DNA of 64,000 bases from an uncultured Gemmatimonadota bacterium (lineage in GTDB: Bacteria > GCA-2686955 > CAYMWF01): assembly GCA_964394085.1 (NCBI GenBank), contig CAYMWF010000026.1, positions 2,696-66,695 on the forward strand, in the 5' to 3' direction. Shown here in pieces: positions 27,752 through 36,553 of this stretch (positions are counted from its first letter, which is position 1; each line of letters starts with the position of its first letter). Under the pieces are notes generated by a model that did no database searches, was not told where the DNA came from, and saw only the letters and a program-made list of their open reading frames with translations. Both the position numbers and the translations under genes were made by a program.

Positions 27752-29149
27752 TTATCTTCGCGGCCGGCGCTCGAGCCGCGGTTCGAGCAGTTTCAGTTCG
27801 GCCCTGTGGGTTTCGTTGGGGCCGAGCCTGAAGTAGATCCAGGCCGTATCATCCAGGAATACGATTTCGGGCCCGTCGTACCCGAAGCCGGAACCGGTGC
27901 GGGGGAGAACCGGGTTGGCCGAATATTTCCGCCAGTTCAGCAGGTCGTTCGAACGGGCCATCCCGGTGCTCCAGCTCGCCGAAGAGAAGGGCCATGCGGT
28001 GCTCCCCTCGTATGCCATGTAGTACACGCCGTCCTGCTTCACAATCGACCTCCAGCCCGCGGTTCCCTCCTCCCACGATCCGGCCGGACCCGCCGGAATT
28101 ATCGGATTTCTCCAGTACTTGTTCATGTTCAGGAGATCGGTCCCGGTAGCGACTCCGATCTGGACCCGGTTTCCGTCGAATCCGTGATAGAAGAGATACC
28201 ACAGATCCCCCTCTTTCCAGAGAGAAGGGGTGCCGATGTTGACACTCTCCCAGCCTCCGCCGTGCACAAGGATCGGGTTGTCGGGGTGCTTGACGAAGCT
28301 GACGCCGTCGGTGGATGTCGCCAGGCCGATATCCCCGGGGCTGCCGTTGGCCCCCTCGTAAACGAGGAAGAAGACTCCGTCATCCAGCCAGATGCCCGGA
28401 AAGCTTGCGAGCCTGTGATCCCACCACGGCGACTGCCCCTGGCTGACGGCAACCTTGTCCTCTTTGATGTAGGCGACATCGAACCAGTACGTCCTGAACT
28501 CGAGCATGTGCCCCGCCGCCGACGTGAAGTCGATGTTGAAAACCTGGTATTCGAAAACACCTTCGAACTCCCTCCGCCTGACCGTCCTTTCGGCCAGCAC
28601 CGCGCCCGAAGTGGCGTCATAAACATCGAGATTCACTACGGGCAGGTCGTCCGCGCTGTTGTTATCGATCATCAGAACGAATGACGCGGTATTATCGCCC
28701 CGCGGGATCCCCGTGGTATAGGGCCCGTAGCAGAGGTAACCGGCGTCGTCGTCTCCCGTGACGGCCGACCAGCCGTCGCCGTCCAGCCTGCCGATGGCGT
28801 GGGAGAGGTCGGTTTCAGCCTCGAAAACCCATTGCCACGCGCCGCCGATATCGAGAACGATGCCCCTGTCCTCGAACTCGAGCCCGTCGGTCGAAACCGC
28901 AAGTCCCACCGTCGACTTCCATTCGCCGGCCGCCCGGTAATTGTTGATGTAGTAGGCCCACAGCTCATCGCCCATCCGGAGAGTCGAGATGAAATGCATG
29001 GCGAAATCGGCGCCGGGAGGCGGATTCTCGTCATCCACCCTGAACACCGCCCTGCCGGTGAAAAGATCCGAAAACCTGGCCGGCTCCGGCGAAACGGGCG
29101 ACACCGTCAACACCAGAAGCAGGACGCAGAAAATAGTTTTCGCAAACAT
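27752..29149 (-). CDS. Secreted 5-bladed beta-propeller glycoside hydrolase (GH43/GH32/GH130-like)
   Basis: Signal peptide MFAKTIFCVLLLVLTVSP. Repeated blade motifs (AVSTDGLEFEDRG, ATSTDGVSFVKHPDNPIL, WEEGTAGWRS) are typical of the GH-J/GH-F propeller clans. The exact family is uncertain. Confidence 0.55.
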   Translation of the reverse strand: MFAKTIFCVLLLVLTVSPVSPEPARFSDLFTGRAVFRVDDENPPPGADFAMHFISTLRMGDELWAYYINNYRAAGEWKSTVGLAVSTDGLEFEDRGIVLDIGGAWQWVFEAETDLSHAIGRLDGDGWSAVTGDDDAGYLCYGPYTTGIPRGDNTASFVLMIDNNSADDLPVVNLDVYDATSGAVLAERTVRRREFEGVFEYQVFNIDFTSAAGHMLEFRTYWFDVAYIKEDKVAVSQGQSPWWDHRLASFPGIWLDDGVFFLVYEGANGSPGDIGLATSTDGVSFVKHPDNPILVHGGGWESVNIGTPSLWKEGDLWYLFYHGFDGNRVQIGVATGTDLLNMNKYWRNPIIPAGPAGSWEEGTAGWRSIVKQDGVYYMAYEGSTAWPFSSASWSTGMARSNDLLNWRKYSANPVLPRTGSGFGYDGPEIVFLDDTAWIYFRLGPNETHRAELKLLEPRLERRPRR

Positions 29150-29376
29150 TCAAACCTCTTTCGACAACCATGTACATTGTAATCCTCGACCGCACCGGAT
29201 ACAAGCAGGAGGGGATCCCGAATCCGGCTCAGACAGCAGGGAAGCTCCGGAGCCGACTGCAGCCGCATGGAATCACCGATCCGGATCAGGCAGCAGGGAA
29301 GTCCCGGAGCGTCGCCTTCCGCGGGTTCTTTCCCGACCGTAACTTCATTATTTCATTGCCGTTACAAAACGGCGTT

Positions 29377-29394
29377 TTTCTCCACGTGGAGAAA
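29377..29394. promoter_or_regulatory. 18-bp perfect palindrome TTTCTCCACGTGGAGAAA, followed by GTTCAA-N3-TTGAAC (29395..29409)
   Basis: Read directly. It shares the CACGTG core and the TTT...AAA flanks with the palindromes at 10317 and 30693. It lies about 230 bp upstream of the GH gene start (29149, minus strand). Confidence 0.35.
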
Positions 29395-29619
29395 GTTCAA
29401 CTTTTGAACAGTTCGGGAAATGATGGTTATGGGATCGCGCTCCGTTGTTTGCGGTTGTCCTTTACATTTCTGCCGGCACCATCGGATTTTCACGGATGCT
29501 GGCTCTATCTTCCAGGGAGTTTTCTGCCGGTGCCGCGGTCGAACCGGCTGCGAAATGGTAAAACCGGCCCGCTCAGCCGGTCCCCAGTCGTCGCTCCAGA
29601 CTTCCGGCATCGTTTATTG

Positions 29620-29710
29620 TTCTAACCGGACGCGAGCCTTCCGGTATTTTTCTAGCCGGACGCGACCCTTCCGGTATTTTTCTAGCCGGACGCGAGCCTT
29701 CCGGCCGCTG
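29620..29710 (+). repeat. Three tandem 30-31-bp units, each a short hairpin (CCGGA-N9-TCCGG) followed by TATTTTT
   Basis: Units are TCTAACCGGACGCGAGCCTTCCGGTATTTTT, CTAGCCGGACGCGACCCTTCCGGTATTTTT and CTAGCCGGACGCGAGCCTTCCGG. The last unit overlaps the terC stop (CTA at 29682-84). A frame on the minus strand translates them as RVRLEKYRK x3, which is probably an artefact. Confidence 0.7.
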
Positions 29711-30407
29711 CCTTCTTCCTGTTGCGCTCGTATCTCATCTGGAGGATGTCCACCATGAGGGCGAACCCCATCGGCAGGTAGATGTAGGCCTTGGGGACGT
29801 GCTTGTGCAATCCTTCCATGAAGATGGTGACGCCGATGGTGATGAGGAAGGAGAGCGCGAGAATCTTGAGCGACGGGTGGCGAAGGATGAAGTCGCCGAT
29901 CTGCCCCGCGAACATAAGGATCACGGCGAAGGATACGAGCACGGCGGATACGATTATCCATACCATGTCGGTCAGGCCGACCGCGGTAATCACCGAGTCG
30001 ATGGAAAAGACTATGTCGAGAAGAACGATGGAGGTGATTACGGATGTGAAACTTTTCGTTCCGTCTCCGCCGTTCTCCGCGGCTTCGACCGCCTCGTCCT
30101 TCAGCTCCACGGTGTTGTGAATCTCTTTCACCGCCTTCCACAGGAGGAACAGCCCGCCGGAAATGAGAATCATGTCTCTCACGGAGAGGTTCCAGAAGAT
30201 CGGCTCCTTGAGATTCGCCAGGGCGAGCACCACCACGAGCATGACGATCCGGGCGACCAGCGCGAGACCCAGCCCGACGAACCTGGCGGTTTTCCGCCTC
30301 TGTGCCGGCAGTCTCTCCACGAAAATCGCGATCACCAGAACATTATCGACACCCAGGACCAGTTCCAGGCCTATCAGCAGGGCTAAAAGAGCTACAGCAT
30401 CGGTCAT
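29682..30407 (-). CDS. terC: TerC-family integral membrane protein (YkoY/Alx-like)
   Basis: The TerC signature LELVLGVDNVLVIAIFV...SIDSVITAVGLT is present, with 7 predicted TM helices. ATG-30407 has GGAGGA 6 nt upstream (the ORF-track start at 30413 is a TTG two codons earlier). There is a long structured GC-rich leader upstream. Confidence 0.85.
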   Translation of the reverse strand: MTDAVALLALLIGLELVLGVDNVLVIAIFVERLPAQRRKTARFVGLGLALVARIVMLVVVLALANLKEPIFWNLSVRDMILISGGLFLLWKAVKEIHNTVELKDEAVEAAENGGDGTKSFTSVITSIVLLDIVFSIDSVITAVGLTDMVWIIVSAVLVSFAVILMFAGQIGDFILRHPSLKILALSFLITIGVTIFMEGLHKHVPKAYIYLPMGFALMVDILQMRYERNRKKAAAGRLASG

Positions 30408-30692
30408 ATTCAATCCTCCACCGCCTGCGGCCCGAACCGTCCGGCCGCCTCGCGGCTCACCTTACTCACCCCCCCGGGGAGTTTCTCCCCGGACGCGAAT
30501 GCATCCACACCGCCCTAAATAAAACGAAAACGACAGATCGAAACTACCGACCGGCCACGCCCCGATCAAGATGTTTGTCGAGCGAAGTCTTCACTTTTTC
30601 TACTTTCGTAAGAAGGAGATTTTTGGCTTATCGATATTACATTCTCATATTTCAGTTGCGAGATCGCATCTCTCTCATGACGACCCGGAATT

Positions 30693-30710
30693 TTTTGTCA
30701 CGTGACAAAA
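30693..30710. promoter_or_regulatory. 18-bp perfect palindrome TTTTGTCACGTGACAAAA (copy 2)
   Basis: Identical to 10317..10334. It sits in the divergent region between terC (start 30407, minus) and the lipoprotein gene at 30914 (plus). Confidence 0.4.
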
Positions 30711-30913
30711 GCCGGCCCGTCACTTCCGCTCGAACTCACGATGGCACATTACTCATTGATTTGGGATATTTGAGCGCCGGTGGGGCTGGAATTTCCTGCC
30801 CGGAAACGCAAAGTAATTATTTTTCGTAATAAACGGCGGTTTTGCGGTACAATATAAGTAAGAAGGCACGGAACCGGCGGCCGGTAAAGCTCCCTGCTGA
30901 AAGGAGACACGGT

Positions 30914-31480
30914 ATGTTACGCAGATGGTTATTAATTGTTGCTGTTTTCTCACTGGCGGCGGCTGGATGCGATCGGGCACCGGTTTCGCCCGGAGAGGCG
31001 GGTGATTTTCTGGATTTTTCGATGGAGGTCAACTCCACTCTGAGGATGGAAGCCGTGGACAGAGACAGGATGCTCGTTCCCTCGGGCGGAGAGGGCATGG
31101 ACGGCGTGGAGATATATGATTGCTGGCTCGCCGACGGCGGCGGATGGGTCTGGTACACGCCCGAAGAATACGAGTTCAACAGCGGGGATACGATCGAAAC
31201 GGTAGTATTCTTCACTCACGACGAGATCTGTAACATAAAGAGGACCGACGCATTTTATAAATGCGGAGAAACGAACTGGCGCAATTTCCTCATGACGAAC
31301 GTTCTGGATTTCGGGACGATGGTTCCTCCTCCCCCCGGATACGGGTGGATAACGGGAATCGGCTACATCGCGCCTTCTTTCAGCGACACCTTCTGCCTGG
31401 GCTGGACGTCGAAAGTCGACTGCAACGATTCCTGGGATTTCTGCTTCTGGCCGCCTGTAGAATTCTATATTTACCCGTGA
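30914..31480 (+). CDS. Hypothetical lipoprotein
   Basis: AAGGAGA RBS before ATG-30914. N-terminus MLRRWLLIVAVFSLAAAGC is a lipoprotein signal. 188 aa, no known motif. Confidence 0.5.
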   Translation: MLRRWLLIVAVFSLAAAGCDRAPVSPGEAGDFLDFSMEVNSTLRMEAVDRDRMLVPSGGEGMDGVEIYDCWLADGGGWVWYTPEEYEFNSGDTIETVVFFTHDEICNIKRTDAFYKCGETNWRNFLMTNVLDFGTMVPPPPGYGWITGIGYIAPSFSDTFCLGWTSKVDCNDSWDFCFWPPVEFYIYP

Positions 31481-31498
31481 TGAAACACTGGGAGAAAG

Positions 31499-31620
31499 GG
31501 AATCGCCGGGGAAGAAAGGAATCACCAGGAAGAAAGGAATCGCCGGGAAGAAAGGAATCACCAGGAAGAAAGGAATCGCCGGGAAGAAAGGAATCACCGG
31601 GATAACAGGAATCGCCCGGG
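31499..31620. repeat. Tandem array of about 7 copies of an 18-bp unit (AAAGGAATCRCCRGGAAG)
   Basis: Alternating AAAGGAATCGCCGGGAAG and AAAGGAATCACCAGGAAG units are read directly. They translate as (GKESPGR)n on the plus strand and (IPFFPA/IPFFLV)n on the minus strand, but sit in a convergent intergenic gap. Confidence 0.8.
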
Positions 31621-31682
31621 GAGGATGATCCTCCGGGCGCGGCTGTGTCGAGGGCCTGTTGAAAAAGCTGCTCCGAACGAAA

Positions 31683-31880
31683 TCGCCCCTCCGAACTCCC
31701 GGCGATCGAAACCGATGCTCGAACTCGCGACGATCAGAGTCGCCCCTCCGAGCTCCCGGCGATCGAAACCGATGCTCGAACTCGCGACGATCAGAGTCGC
31801 CCCTCCGAGCTCCCGGCGATCGAAACCGATGCTCGAACTCGCGACGATCAGAGTCGCCCCTCCGAACTCTTACAGACTGG
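31683..31880. repeat. Tandem array of 3.3 copies of a 60-bp unit
   Basis: The unit is CGCCCCTCCGARCTCCCGGCGATCGAAACCGATGCTCGAACTCGCGACGATCAGAGT. Copies 2 and 3 are identical, copy 1 differs at one position, and copy 4 is truncated. The whole unit repeats, so there are no unique spacers. Confidence 0.8.
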
Positions 31881-31937
31881 AACTCGAATAGAACGGGCGT
31901 AAATAAACAGGGGCGGACCCGAAGGCCCGCCCGGTGT

Positions 31938-32744
31938 TTATCCAGTCCTTTTCAGTTTGCCGTTTCTTTTCGCCCAGCTTTCGGCGAAAAGGAAGACGGC
32001 GAGGCCTGCAGGTATGAGGAACGCTCCCGTCACGGCCAGGCCGGCCAGCGTCGGCCATATGTCTGTCAACCCGGCGCCGTGCAGCATGGTTTCTCTTATC
32101 GCCCGCAGGGTGTATGTGGCGGGCGAGAGGAACGAGAAAGGCTGGACCCAGGCCGGAAGCACCTCTATCTCGTAATAGACTCCCGACACGAGCAGTATCA
32201 GCGACTGGATTATGTGCGTGCCCTGGCTGCCTTTTTCAGGCGACATGAGCGGCAGCACGGCCGCTATCAGCCCGAGACCGATGAACGAGAACGATGACAC
32301 CACCAGCGCAAATACGGCGGCCGGTATATTGGCCGCTGCGAGGTCCAGGTCGAGAAAGAGCGCCAGCAGAACCACGATCACCACCGACCGCAGCACCCCG
32401 TAGAGCGCCGCGAACATGCATGTGCCCAGCATGTGCGTCAACCTGCTGACAGGCGCCATGAAGGTGTACTCTATGGTTCCTTCCCACCGCTCCCACGAGA
32501 TCGACTCGGCGACTTCGTGAAACAGGAGCGACAGGTATCCCCAGAGGAGCGCGCCCACAACGAGATAGAGCACGCTCTCACGTCCATGCGACACTCCGAT
32601 AAGACCTATGGTTAGAGCGTTGACGGCCGAGTAGACCAGGAACACGATTTCCCACCCGATGTAACGCCGGGTAAGGGTGAAGTTGCGCTCGACGAACGCC
32701 CACCCGACCGTAATCTCTCTGATTAAGCCGGTTCTAGCCCGCAT
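31938..32744 (-). CDS. ABC-2 family transporter permease
   Basis: Six TM helices. It is the ABC-2 permease partner of the ATPase at 32841..33710, which lies upstream on the same strand. Start taken at M14 (MRARTGLIREI). The ORF-track start at 32783 is also possible. Confidence 0.7.
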   Translation of the reverse strand: MRARTGLIREITVGWAFVERNFTLTRRYIGWEIVFLVYSAVNALTIGLIGVSHGRESVLYLVVGALLWGYLSLLFHEVAESISWERWEGTIEYTFMAPVSRLTHMLGTCMFAALYGVLRSVVIVVLLALFLDLDLAAANIPAAVFALVVSSFSFIGLGLIAAVLPLMSPEKGSQGTHIIQSLILLVSGVYYEIEVLPAWVQPFSFLSPATYTLRAIRETMLHGAGLTDIWPTLAGLAVTGAFLIPAGLAVFLFAESWAKRNGKLKRTG

Positions 32745-32840
32745 TTTATATCTTCCTTCCCTGGCGGGACCGATTGCCCGCATCCTTTGATCCCCGTCCG
32801 GCTCCCGCGCCGTGCGCCCGGAGCCGGCGGGTTATTCGGG

Positions 32841-33710
32841 TTAATTTTCTTCTTTTTCTTCGAGTTTCTCACCGGTCAGCTCGAAGAACACGTCTTCGAG
32901 GGTTCCGCTTCCGCCGGGAAGCTTCGCTTTGAGCCGCTCCGGCGTGTCCGATGCGACGAACGCACCGTCATTCATGATGGCCACCCGGTCGCACAGCCGG
33001 TCCGCCTCTTCCATGTCATGGGAAGTGAGGAGGATCGTCACCTCGGTTCTGCTCCGCAGATCGGTAAGGAACTCCTGCACTCTCCTCTTCGACACGGGAT
33101 CGAGGCCTGTCGTCGGCTCGTCCATCAGTATCAGCTTCGGTGTCGTGAGAAACGCTCTCGCGATGGCCACCTTCTGCTGCATGCCGCGCGAGCACTTGTC
33201 CATCGGCCTGGTGAACGACTTCTCGGGGAACCCAAGCTTTTCAAGGATTTCCCAGGCCCGATTCCTGGCCGCGGCGGCGCTCAACCCGTAAAGGCGGGCG
33301 CTGTAGCGAAGGTTCTCGTAGGGCGACAGCGTCTTGAAGAACGCGGCATCCACCGAGACTCTGCTGATGAGCCACCGCACGACGGCCTTGTCGCGGATGA
33401 CATCCCGACCGAAAACTCTTACCTGGCCTTCATCGGGAATCAGCAGCGTCGAAATCATCCTTACCAGGGTGGATTTTCCGCATCCGTTCGGCCCGAGTAT
33501 CCCGAAGACTTCACCTCGGGTCACCTGGAGCGACACGGTCTTGACCGCAGCCTTGCGCGATCCGTTTTTACCGAAAATCCGGTTGAACAGATCCGCAGCG
33601 CTCTTCCGGCCGTTCCCGTTTCCTCCGGTCAGCCGTCCGTTACCTTCGCCGTCCCTCTCGCGACCGACGTGGAAATACTTCGAAACATGGTCGCAATATA
33701 CCGCTTTCAT
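32841..33710 (-). CDS. ABC transporter ATP-binding protein (ABC-2/DrrA-like exporter ATPase)
   Basis: Walker A GPNGCGKST, signature SRGMQQKVAIARAF, Walker B LILMDEPTTGLD and H-loop TSHDM, with a C-terminal extension. Start ATG-33710 has GGGAG upstream. The upstream 45 codons of the ORF-track frame lack an RBS. Confidence 0.85.
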   Translation of the reverse strand: MKAVYCDHVSKYFHVGRERDGEGNGRLTGGNGNGRKSAADLFNRIFGKNGSRKAAVKTVSLQVTRGEVFGILGPNGCGKSTLVRMISTLLIPDEGQVRVFGRDVIRDKAVVRWLISRVSVDAAFFKTLSPYENLRYSARLYGLSAAAARNRAWEILEKLGFPEKSFTRPMDKCSRGMQQKVAIARAFLTTPKLILMDEPTTGLDPVSKRRVQEFLTDLRSRTEVTILLTSHDMEEADRLCDRVAIMNDGAFVASDTPERLKAKLPGGSGTLEDVFFELTGEKLEEKEEN

Positions 33711-34281
33711 GACATCGCTCCCGCCCTTCAGGGCTTTCCATTTTTTCGACCTGTTTATCCCGCGGCGGCTCCCCAATTGAAAACGGCCGCACTTACCGCG
33801 GCCGTTCCGGTCGATAATGAAAAAAGGCCGCGGGTTGATGCCCACGGCCTCTCGTATTTTCAGTGTTTCAGGTCAGGCTATGGGCGCACTCCTCCCGTGT
33901 AGAGTACGAAAGGGATACCGTTCATGAGGCGTCCCCTCCATGTGATTGCGGATTTCTGTTTCATCTAGTCAGTGCTCCTTTGCCGTTGACCTTGCTTATA
34001 GAATATCGGACGGCGGCGAAAATGTCAACAGCGAATTCTTTTTTTCGACCGGATTCTCTTACTGTTTACAGCTTCGCGCGTCGTTTGTTCGAATCCACCG
34101 GGAATCCGGGCTCCCGTCCCATCCGCACTCCAGGCTGAATAGTAGTCAGATTCAGCCGGCGTTCGGAAACATGCCGGATTCAGTGCACCGCCCGCCCCCC
34201 CCGGCTCTGCACATACCTCAAAGCTGCGGATTGCGGTTTACAGGCGGACCGTCCGCGCCGGTTTTTCTCTCGAAAACCCGG

Positions 34282-36468
34282 TCAATAGGCCAACAGCTGA
34301 ACATTGTCGATACCGATTCCGTCGTTGCTCCAGGGATTGTTGTCCCTCTGATTCCACCGTATCATGTATGTCGAGGTGAAGGGTGCTGTGCTGTAGTAAT
34401 TTTGAAGATTGATCAGCTCTCCCCTCCAGGTGGAACCTGTATTCTCGTAAGTCAATATTCTTTCCCAGGTGGACCCATCCCCGGAAACTTCTACGAAATC
34501 ATCGTTATAGTTGAGTTCGTCTCCGTATGTATTGTAGTAGAAGGACAACATGCATCTCGAGTCTTCATCGAAATGCGCCAGGTCGACAGTCAGGGTCAAC
34601 CGGTTGGTGTTGTAGGTGTTCGTCGTTACATCCATGAGCCCCATCTGGGCGCCCATATATGCGTCGAAATTGCTGCACTCGACCCTTCCATACTGGGTCG
34701 AGGACCAGGTGGTCCAGTAAGCCGGATCCAGATGAGATTCGAAATCACAGAAAAAACTGAATTGGCCGCTCTCCGGGAGAGAATCCTGCAGTGTCGATAC
34801 GGAACAAAGATTCCCGCTGGAATCCAGGACCTCATCCAGCCCGATGTTGATGATATCTCCGGAAGCATTTATGTCTGCCGGAACCGTGATACGGATACAG
34901 CCTTTTCTGGGATTTTCCCTGTCCCACCCCCATTCGGCGGCGGATGCCGGAAGTACATAGTTCGAATCACCCCCGGCCTCGATGAAGCTGATCGAAGGAG
35001 CTCCGGTGTGGAGCATATACTCGGGAAACACTATATGTATGAACGCCTCGACATCCTCAGGTTCACCCGAATTATTGAAGGTACCGTCATATTTCAAGTC
35101 ATCTTCAGTCACAATCGGACACACATTGTCGACAGCAAAAACCCACGGGCCCGTCAAATCGTTCTCTTTTCCCGTCCAGGTTGCCGGTGCAACCGTAAAC
35201 TGGACTGCGAGTCCGTATGCGAAGGGTGTCAGGTCCGGATCGTAGTTATAATAATCAAAAAGCTCCGAGAGCGTCACTTCCCTGACCATTTCATGCAGTA
35301 TGCCGGGCTTGAAAGAGCCGATCTTGATCCATGAGCTGATCTTATCGCTGTTCCGGGCGTAAATGGAGTAAGAATAAGCATCGTCGACAGTACCCCACCG
35401 GAGTTTCAGGGTGGTAGTATTCCAGTCGACTTCATCTGTCTCAAGCTCCAGGTACGGCACATCCTCCAGAGTATCTATAATCCCTTCCGTGACGAAAGGA
35501 AAGCTGGTGTTTAAATGCCTGCCGCTGAGAGAAGAAGCCGACAAATCGATGATAAAATCTTCTCCGGGCAGAAGCTCACCGTTCGGCAGAATACGTATGG
35601 TTACGCCATCTTCCCATACCGTCGAAGTTCTGACCTCATCGAGTGTCTTGGCATATTTGATGGTGACGTCGGTCGCTTCATCGCTTCTATCCATGGCTTC
35701 GGAGAAAATGCACTTTACAGCTTCATCCTTATCGAGGACGGGGTCGTCCTGGAGGTTCGACCAGACGATGACGAGTTTTCCCGTGTCCAGGTCCAGCTTC
35801 TCACTCACCGCAACCTCTTTCCCTTTCATCAAGCTTATCGAACCCACCTTGGTTTCATAATCGGCTATTCCGTCGCCGGTGTAGTCGAAGGGAAGAGCGA
35901 TCAGATGGATGTTCTTGGCGGGCAGGCCGCTGAATGTTACCACTCCCTCGGAATTCGTAACTCCTTCAACATCGATTGAGGAGTCGACAATAGGTTCGCC
36001 AAGCTCGAGTATAACATCGACACCGGCCATCTTTTCGTGGTTTGCCGAACCGTGCAGGGTGACTTTAAGCCCGGCGTCTTTTTCGAACATCACCATCGAT
36101 TCCGTCTTGGAGACCACCCGATCCCCGCCCCAGTCTTCTCCTACCGGGATCACGTAATCCACCCTGGCCACCGACGAGGCGTAACCCTTGAGGGAAAAGG
36201 TGATGATCGACTTGCCCAGCGGCAGATCGGAAATGATATAAGTGCCCATTTCGTTGGTCGTCGCAGTCTTGCCATCGCAATAAACGGTAACATCCTCGAG
36301 CGCGGCGCCGGTGGCCGCATCAGTGACGGTTCCCTGTACAATGCAGGATATCGAGTAATCAGGCGCCCCGGGATTCGTAATCTTGCTGCATCCCGTGTAT
36401 AAACCAGGCAAAATCAGTGCACAGATGAAAAAATAGACAAAAAACGGCTTTTTTACTTGAAAGGACAT
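34282..36468 (-). CDS. Large surface lipoprotein with carboxypeptidase-regulatory-like (Ig-like) domains
   Basis: N-terminus MSFQVKKPFFVYFFICALILPGLYTGC is a lipoprotein signal. Two CarbopepD_reg-like beta-sandwich segments follow (GTVTDAATGAALEDVTVY..., HGSANHEKMAGVDVILE...). The C-terminal approximately 170 aa is jelly-roll-like. Function unknown. Confidence 0.55.
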   Translation of the reverse strand: MSFQVKKPFFVYFFICALILPGLYTGCSKITNPGAPDYSISCIVQGTVTDAATGAALEDVTVYCDGKTATTNEMGTYIISDLPLGKSIITFSLKGYASSVARVDYVIPVGEDWGGDRVVSKTESMVMFEKDAGLKVTLHGSANHEKMAGVDVILELGEPIVDSSIDVEGVTNSEGVVTFSGLPAKNIHLIALPFDYTGDGIADYETKVGSISLMKGKEVAVSEKLDLDTGKLVIVWSNLQDDPVLDKDEAVKCIFSEAMDRSDEATDVTIKYAKTLDEVRTSTVWEDGVTIRILPNGELLPGEDFIIDLSASSLSGRHLNTSFPFVTEGIIDTLEDVPYLELETDEVDWNTTTLKLRWGTVDDAYSYSIYARNSDKISSWIKIGSFKPGILHEMVREVTLSELFDYYNYDPDLTPFAYGLAVQFTVAPATWTGKENDLTGPWVFAVDNVCPIVTEDDLKYDGTFNNSGEPEDVEAFIHIVFPEYMLHTGAPSISFIEAGGDSNYVLPASAAEWGWDRENPRKGCIRITVPADINASGDIINIGLDEVLDSSGNLCSVSTLQDSLPESGQFSFFCDFESHLDPAYWTTWSSTQYGRVECSNFDAYMGAQMGLMDVTTNTYNTNRLTLTVDLAHFDEDSRCMLSFYYNTYGDELNYNDDFVEVSGDGSTWERILTYENTGSTWRGELINLQNYYSTAPFTSTYMIRWNQRDNNPWSNDGIGIDNVQLLAY

Positions 36469-36553
36469 AAGACACCTCCTCGAAGGACCTCCCGCTGCCT
36501 GGGGAAATTATATGTTGATTCTTTATCCTTATATTGAAAGGAAATAATCCCGT

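Noticed and set aside
26191-28684. ORFs 26191..27312 (-), 26625..27518 (+, Arg-rich), 27806..28684 (+)
   Set aside because: They overlap the CodA homologue, which aligns to E. coli CodA over its whole length, and the GH propeller gene. Their composition (R/G/P runs) is characteristic of out-of-frame translation of GC-rich DNA.
31683-31880. Possible CRISPR array (regularly spaced about 60-bp periodicity)
   Set aside because: The whole 60-bp unit repeats identically. There are no unique spacers between shorter repeats, and no cas genes or leader are present. It is a plain tandem repeat.
32787-35334. Plus-strand ORFs 32787..33902 and 33946..35334 (371 and 462 aa)
   Set aside because: They are antisense to the ABC ATPase (strong Walker/signature motifs) and to the large lipoprotein gene. 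They have low-complexity composition and no signal, RBS or motif.
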